NCBI GenBank assembly: GCA_016184305.1
Contig: JACPCX010000187.1
Location: forward strand, 1-26,363
Direction: 5' to 3'
DNA length: 26,363 nt
From: Candidatus Rokuibacteriota bacterium
GTDB taxonomy: Bacteria > Methylomirabilota > Methylomirabilia > Rokubacteriales > CSP1-6
A model generated the notes under the pieces. The model had not been told where the DNA came from and ran no database searches. It worked only from the letters and a program-made list of their open reading frames with translations. Position 1 is the first letter of the stretch. Every line of letters begins with the position of its first letter. This document shows positions 25,275 to 26,363 of this stretch, piece by piece. The position numbers and the translations under genes were made by a program.

Positions 25275-26200
25275 GATTCGAGCCTGTCGTCGGCTGGGGC
25301 GCGCTGCCCGGGGGGTGGCGCTACGTCGAGGCCGCGGGCGTGGCCGTGGACGCGAAGGACAATGTCTTCGTCTTCACCCGCGGGGAGCACCCCGTCATCG
25401 TCTTCGACCGCGACGGGCGGTTCCTCCGCTCCTGGGGAGAAGGGCTCGTCCGCCGGGCCCACGGCATCATCATCGACGCCGGCGGCATGGTGTGGCTCAC
25501 CGACGACGCCCAGCACACGATCAGGAAGTTCACGCCGGAGGGAACGCTGCTCCTCACCATCGGCGACCCCGACAATCCGAGCACGCTCCAGGGCGGCCAG
25601 CCGTTCAACCGCCCCACCCACGTGGCCATCTGCCCGAAGAGCGGCGATCTCTACATCTCCGACGGCTACGGCAACTCGCGCGTCCACAAGTACTCGCCCG
25701 ATGGCCGCCACATCTTCTCGTGGGGCGAGCCCGGCACGGACCCCGGCCAGTTCAACCTCCCGCACAACCTGACGACCGACGCCGGCGGCCTCGTCTACGT
25801 GGCCGACCGGGAGAACCACCGGATCCAGATCTTCGACGGCGCGGGCCACTACCAGGGGCAGTGGAACAACCTGCACCGGCCCTGCGGCCTCTTTACCGAC
25901 CGGCGCGACGGCGATCACGTCTACGTGGGCGAGCTGGGGTCGGGCAACCCGGTCACGGCGCAGACGCCGAACATCGGGCCGCGGGTCACGGTGCTCGACA
26001 GCAAGGGCCAGCGCGTCTGCCGCTTCGGCGGACAGCTCGCGGGAGAAGAGCCCGGCGAGTTCGTCGCCCCGCACGGCCTCGTCACCGATTCGCGCGGGGA
26101 CTGCTACGTCGCCGAGGTGTCCTGGACCCAGCGCGGCAAGCTCGAGACGCCGCCGCGCGAGGTGCGGTGTCTCCAGAAGTTCAGGCGGCTGGTCTCGTGA
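25271..26200 (+). CDS. NHL-repeat beta-propeller, peptidyl-alpha-hydroxyglycine alpha-amidating lyase (PAL)-like
   Basis: [43 protein letters not shown] and APHG repeats. Start ATG 25271. Confidence 0.9.
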   Translation: MRFEPVVGWGALPGGWRYVEAAGVAVDAKDNVFVFTRGEHPVIVFDRDGRFLRSWGEGLVRRAHGIIIDAGGMVWLTDDAQHTIRKFTPEGTLLLTIGDPDNPSTLQGGQPFNRPTHVAICPKSGDLYISDGYGNSRVHKYSPDGRHIFSWGEPGTDPGQFNLPHNLTTDAGGLVYVADRENHRIQIFDGAGHYQGQWNNLHRPCGLFTDRRDGDHVYVGELGSGNPVTAQTPNIGPRVTVLDSKGQRVCRFGGQLAGEEPGEFVAPHGLVTDSRGDCYVAEVSWTQRGKLETPPREVRCLQKFRRLVS

Positions 26201-26219
26201 ATCGGCGATCGGCGCGTCG

Positions 26220-26363
26220 ATGCTGACAACCGACATCAAGAGCCTGCCGTTCCTGCATAGCGGCAAGGTGCGCGACATCTATGCCGTGGGCGAGGACAAG
26301 CTGCTCATCGTCCAGACCGATCGCCTGTCCGCCTTCGACGTCGTGCTCGACGACCCGATCCCC
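26220..26363 (+). CDS. purC: SAICAR synthetase, N-terminal part; runs off window
   Basis: [48 protein letters not shown], with the GKVRD.Y and DRLSAFD signatures. Not in the ORF track. Confidence 0.93.
   Translation, partial: MLTTDIKSLPFLHSGKVRDIYAVGEDKLLIVQTDRLSAFDVVLDDPIP

Noticed and set aside
222..26278. Many long ORFs antisense or frame-shifted to real genes (for example 222-1802, 3615-5690, 6627-8111, 20270-22063, 22987-25077, 25190-26278)
   Set aside because: They are Arg/Gly/Pro-rich shadows expected in high-GC DNA, have no recognisable motifs, and overlap well-supported genes.

Overview
Very GC-rich (roughly 70% by eye) bacterial chromosomal segment. Gene style suggests Ca. Rokubacteria/Methylomirabilota, but that is an unverified impression. 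Intact genes: 3' end of hflC, a GH13 alpha-amylase-family enzyme, a LapA-type membrane protein, acs, a 'Virulence_fact'-domain protein divergent from a DUF169/MtaA(UroD)-family methyltransferase fusion, a VapBC toxin-antitoxin pair, MOSC and RRM proteins, a class II cyclic-nucleotide phosphodiesterase, alpha/beta hydrolase, D-cysteine desulfhydrase-like PLP enzyme, MFS transporter, amidohydrolase, M1 aminopeptidase, NHL/PAL-like beta-propeller and the 5' end of purC. A long, tightly coupled minus-strand operon carries a corrinoid protein, homocysteine S-methyltransferase, MetH-type reactivation domain, AI-2E transporter, aroK and a D-aminoacylase. The most interesting signal is a candidate folate-independent, cobalamin-dependent methyl-transfer system: a three-part split methionine synthase with no pterin (methyl-THF) module in the window, a yitJ (HMT/MTHFR) gene reduced to a 37-codon scar in the same operon, and a nearby DUF169-MtaA fusion that could load the corrinoid protein from an unknown methyl donor. 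Second, several genes (CLC channel, malQ, yitJ, amidase, SDR, Uma2) have collapsed by large deletions, most keeping their ends. There are also several apparently leaderless promoters, a Uma2-derived direct repeat flanking vapBC, and a 96-nt structured tandem repeat.
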